A DNA stretch of 63,903 nt, filler included, from Choristocarpus tenellus KU-1152 (Eukaryota > Protista > Phaeophyceae): NCBI GenBank assembly GCA_964200185.2. It is 14 parts of 14 records of this genome, joined end to end, with 100 filler letters (N's around TTAATTAATTAA, not from the genome) between each part and the next. Parts side by side here need not be neighbours in the genome. Positions count along the whole stretch, not along the records: positions 61,339 to 63,903 come from CAXNAD020026721.1; 13 more parts are not named here. One strand, given 5' to 3'. Shown here piece by piece: positions 61,650 to 63,903 of the stretch. The notes beneath the pieces were generated by a model. That model had not been told where the DNA came from, did no database searches, and saw nothing but the letters and a program-made list of their open reading frames with translations. A program made the position numbers and the translations under genes. Within the stretch, counting starts at the first letter, position 1, and each line of letters starts with the position of its first letter.

Positions 61650-62960
61650 GGTGGGAACTGCAGGGGTATCTTCACTGGTATTACATGCTGAAAAGGTGCT
61701 CCTTTTAGTTGTTACTCAACGCCTGGGAGCCTGAGTAGGAAGCGCACTGCCATAGGAACAATGCGGATTTCGACCTTGGTGATTGACCACTGACATGATG
61801 TTGGTTGTGTGTGTCTTGTTGGATCTTGGACAAAAGAAGGTCCCTGTATATATGGTCCCCTTGACCTGCAGAAGGCGTATATCTCTCTCGGTCGAAACCT
61901 TCTATGGATAGTACTGGCCAAATTTGGTGTACCAGTAAGATGGTTTCAATTCCTATCAATTCAATGTAGGAATGCAGATTGTTTCAGTGTTGAACAAGGC
62001 TTCCTTCAGGTGTGTTCTCACCTCGTTGCTGTTTAATCTCATCTTTACCACAGCACTTACCATAGTGCTGGAGAGGCTCAGCCCTGAAGGTGTATACTTC
62101 AATATTTTGTTTGCATCAGAAGAGCTAAGAGGAACTCTGGCCATTACGTTGGGGGGTGGACACCAGAGATGCCTTCACAGTTGCTGCTACTGTGGTGTAT
62201 ACTGTATAGTGGTGATGCAGGCATTGTACCAAATGCCTTGAGAGAGTTTGGCCAGAATGATGACTGTCATTGTTATTTTGTGTAAGCATTTGGACTACCC
62301 GTGTCAGAGAAGAAGACGGGGACCATGTCCCTCCAGGCCCCCAACAGGGCAGAACAGGAAATTCAAATCGAGGCTTGAGAGGAGTTGTAACGGTATCAGT
62401 AGACTGCCAAGTTCATCTACCATGGAGGTTCACTCAATGAATGCTTATACCACCACTTAGATGCAACATATATGCATAAGGCACGGGGTCGTTTCAAGAA
62501 GTGTAGCAAGGAGATATGTAACTGAGCAAGAGTCGTACCACCTGAGCTAAAGATCGGATGTTCACAGCTGAAGTGTTTCAGACTCTGCTGTGTGACTGGA
62601 TAGCTTGAACACCTAAAAAGGAGCACTACACCCAGCTCTGTGCCCAACACTGCTATCTCCTACAGCACTGCATTGTGTTCCTCAAAAGGAAACGTACAGA
62701 GACCACCCCGTACATAGGAGCTCTTAAGAAAACTGAATGTGAGTGCATTGAGCTCAGAGGTCAGTATCCGCAAATGAAGGCAGCAATTTGCAGGCTCCTT
62801 TTCGCAGATGGGTAATGGTTGCTTATCCAAGAATCTAATGCTCGGTAAACCTACCTCTGAGAAAGTAAAGGGGAAGAAGGGAGGTTAAAAGAAAACTTGG
62901 TGGTGATGCCTCTAAAATGACCTTAAGGCTTTCGACATCGCAACTGATCAGTGAGTGTCT
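61650..62960 (+). mobile_element. RTE-clade LINE relic (RT and 3' region)
   Basis: EQCGFRP, LDLQKAY...LLWIVLAKFGVP, FSVEQG and LLFNL.F motifs, with stops and frameshifts. Confidence 0.8.
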
Positions 62961-63235
62961 CTTCTTAGAGACTCAAGGAGCTGACACAGATGTACGGACA
63001 TTGAAGCAAGAAACATCATCGACGTTTGGTATACTTCTACCTTTTGAGATTGGAGCACCCACATTCCGTCACGCAAAAGTGGCCTTGGGCACCAACCATA
63101 TACGATAGTGTTTGCTGGGCTTATATTTTTCTTCTTTGGGGAGGGAGACTGGGTTCTTTCTTAACCTAGGATACTCTTCTTAGTGTTAACGGCAGTAGGT
63201 TTGTATATAGCAGGTACATGTTAACCTCGATCTGA

Positions 63236-63733
63236 AGTGCTTCGCCCACCCCCAGACCATCTCTATCGGGTTCAATTCACAGTGGTACTTTGGAAGTATC
63301 AAGCACTGTCCTAGACGACTCTCAACCAGAATTGTGTCCTGTGAGTGGCTTAAACAGTATTAAGCCGAGGTTAGCCCACGTACCGTTTTGGTGGTGACCA
63401 ATCTTGATTTTTTTTTAAATCCCAACGAGCGAATCGACGACCAGCATATCAAATGAACGCTCTGGATCTAGGCTATCAATTTACGCAAAGGAATTATTCG
63501 GAAAAATATGTTTGGTCGTGATAATTTATGCCGGAATATTTTCAAGGTTGTGCAGAAAAAATTCGGATAAAATTTAACCTTACCAAAATCATCTTCCGAA
63601 ATAATTCCTCTGCGTAAATCGATAACTTAGATCAATAACTTTTATTCGATATACTTATCGTTGTTTAACTAGTTGGGCAACATTTAAAAAAAAATCAAGA
63701 CTGCTATCATCCTAGAGGTGGCCGCCAAGACTA
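63236..63733 (-). mobile_element. Second, internally deleted copy of the ITm transposase fragment plus palindrome
   Basis: Aligns with 52197-52826. It retains LPKYHCELNPIEMVWG, lacks ~52293-52424, and has the palindrome at 63397-63705. Confidence 0.85.
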
Positions 63734-63903
63734 GTTTTCCAAAATCACAATAGTAATATTGTTATGTTTTAAAACAATACTATATAGAAATGAAATAATA
63801 TGAATCTGGACGATTGGTTGGTTTATGATTACGCGTGTTCGTAGATAGTGCTGCTGATACACTATAGACACCATCGGTGGAGTAGATTAGGAAATGCAGA
63901 CAC

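Overview
This is eukaryotic nuclear DNA from a fragmented assembly: 14 contigs (mostly 3-6 kb) joined by 13 identical 100-bp linkers (N44-TTAATTAATTAA-N44). Genes stop abruptly at the linkers, so adjacency across them should not be trusted. The MGDG synthase, the intron-rich GT-AG genes and the TTAGGG tracts suggest a photosynthetic eukaryote, most plausibly a stramenopile or brown alga; this is inference. Three host genes could be spliced by hand with consistent exon phases: a CCAR1/DBC1-family gene (+, 809-8748), a MGDG synthase fragment (+, 46995-48132) and a WDHD1/AND-1/Ctf4 fragment (-, 53267-56590). Two further hypothetical multi-exon fragments were found. The rest is mostly transposon debris: two related Ty3/Gypsy elements (one with an atypical chromodomain), a Copia 5' end, RTE LINE relics, tRNA-derived SINE-like elements, an IS630/Tc1/mariner-type transposase, piggyBac-like and MULE-like relics, and a 12-copy ~180-bp MITE family with 3-bp TSDs. 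The most unusual observations are (i) a ~310-bp palindrome linked to the transposase in two copies, whose arms appear to change in concert; (ii) a decayed gene with an unrecognised ~80-100-aa tandem domain; (iii) an LTR-PBS-partial LTR-PBS-partial LTR mini-retroelement with an intact TSD; (iv) a truncated piggyBac-like family in two deeply diverged copies; and (v) a CpG-depletion footprint that spares terminal exons. All family calls come from remembered motifs; no database search was run.
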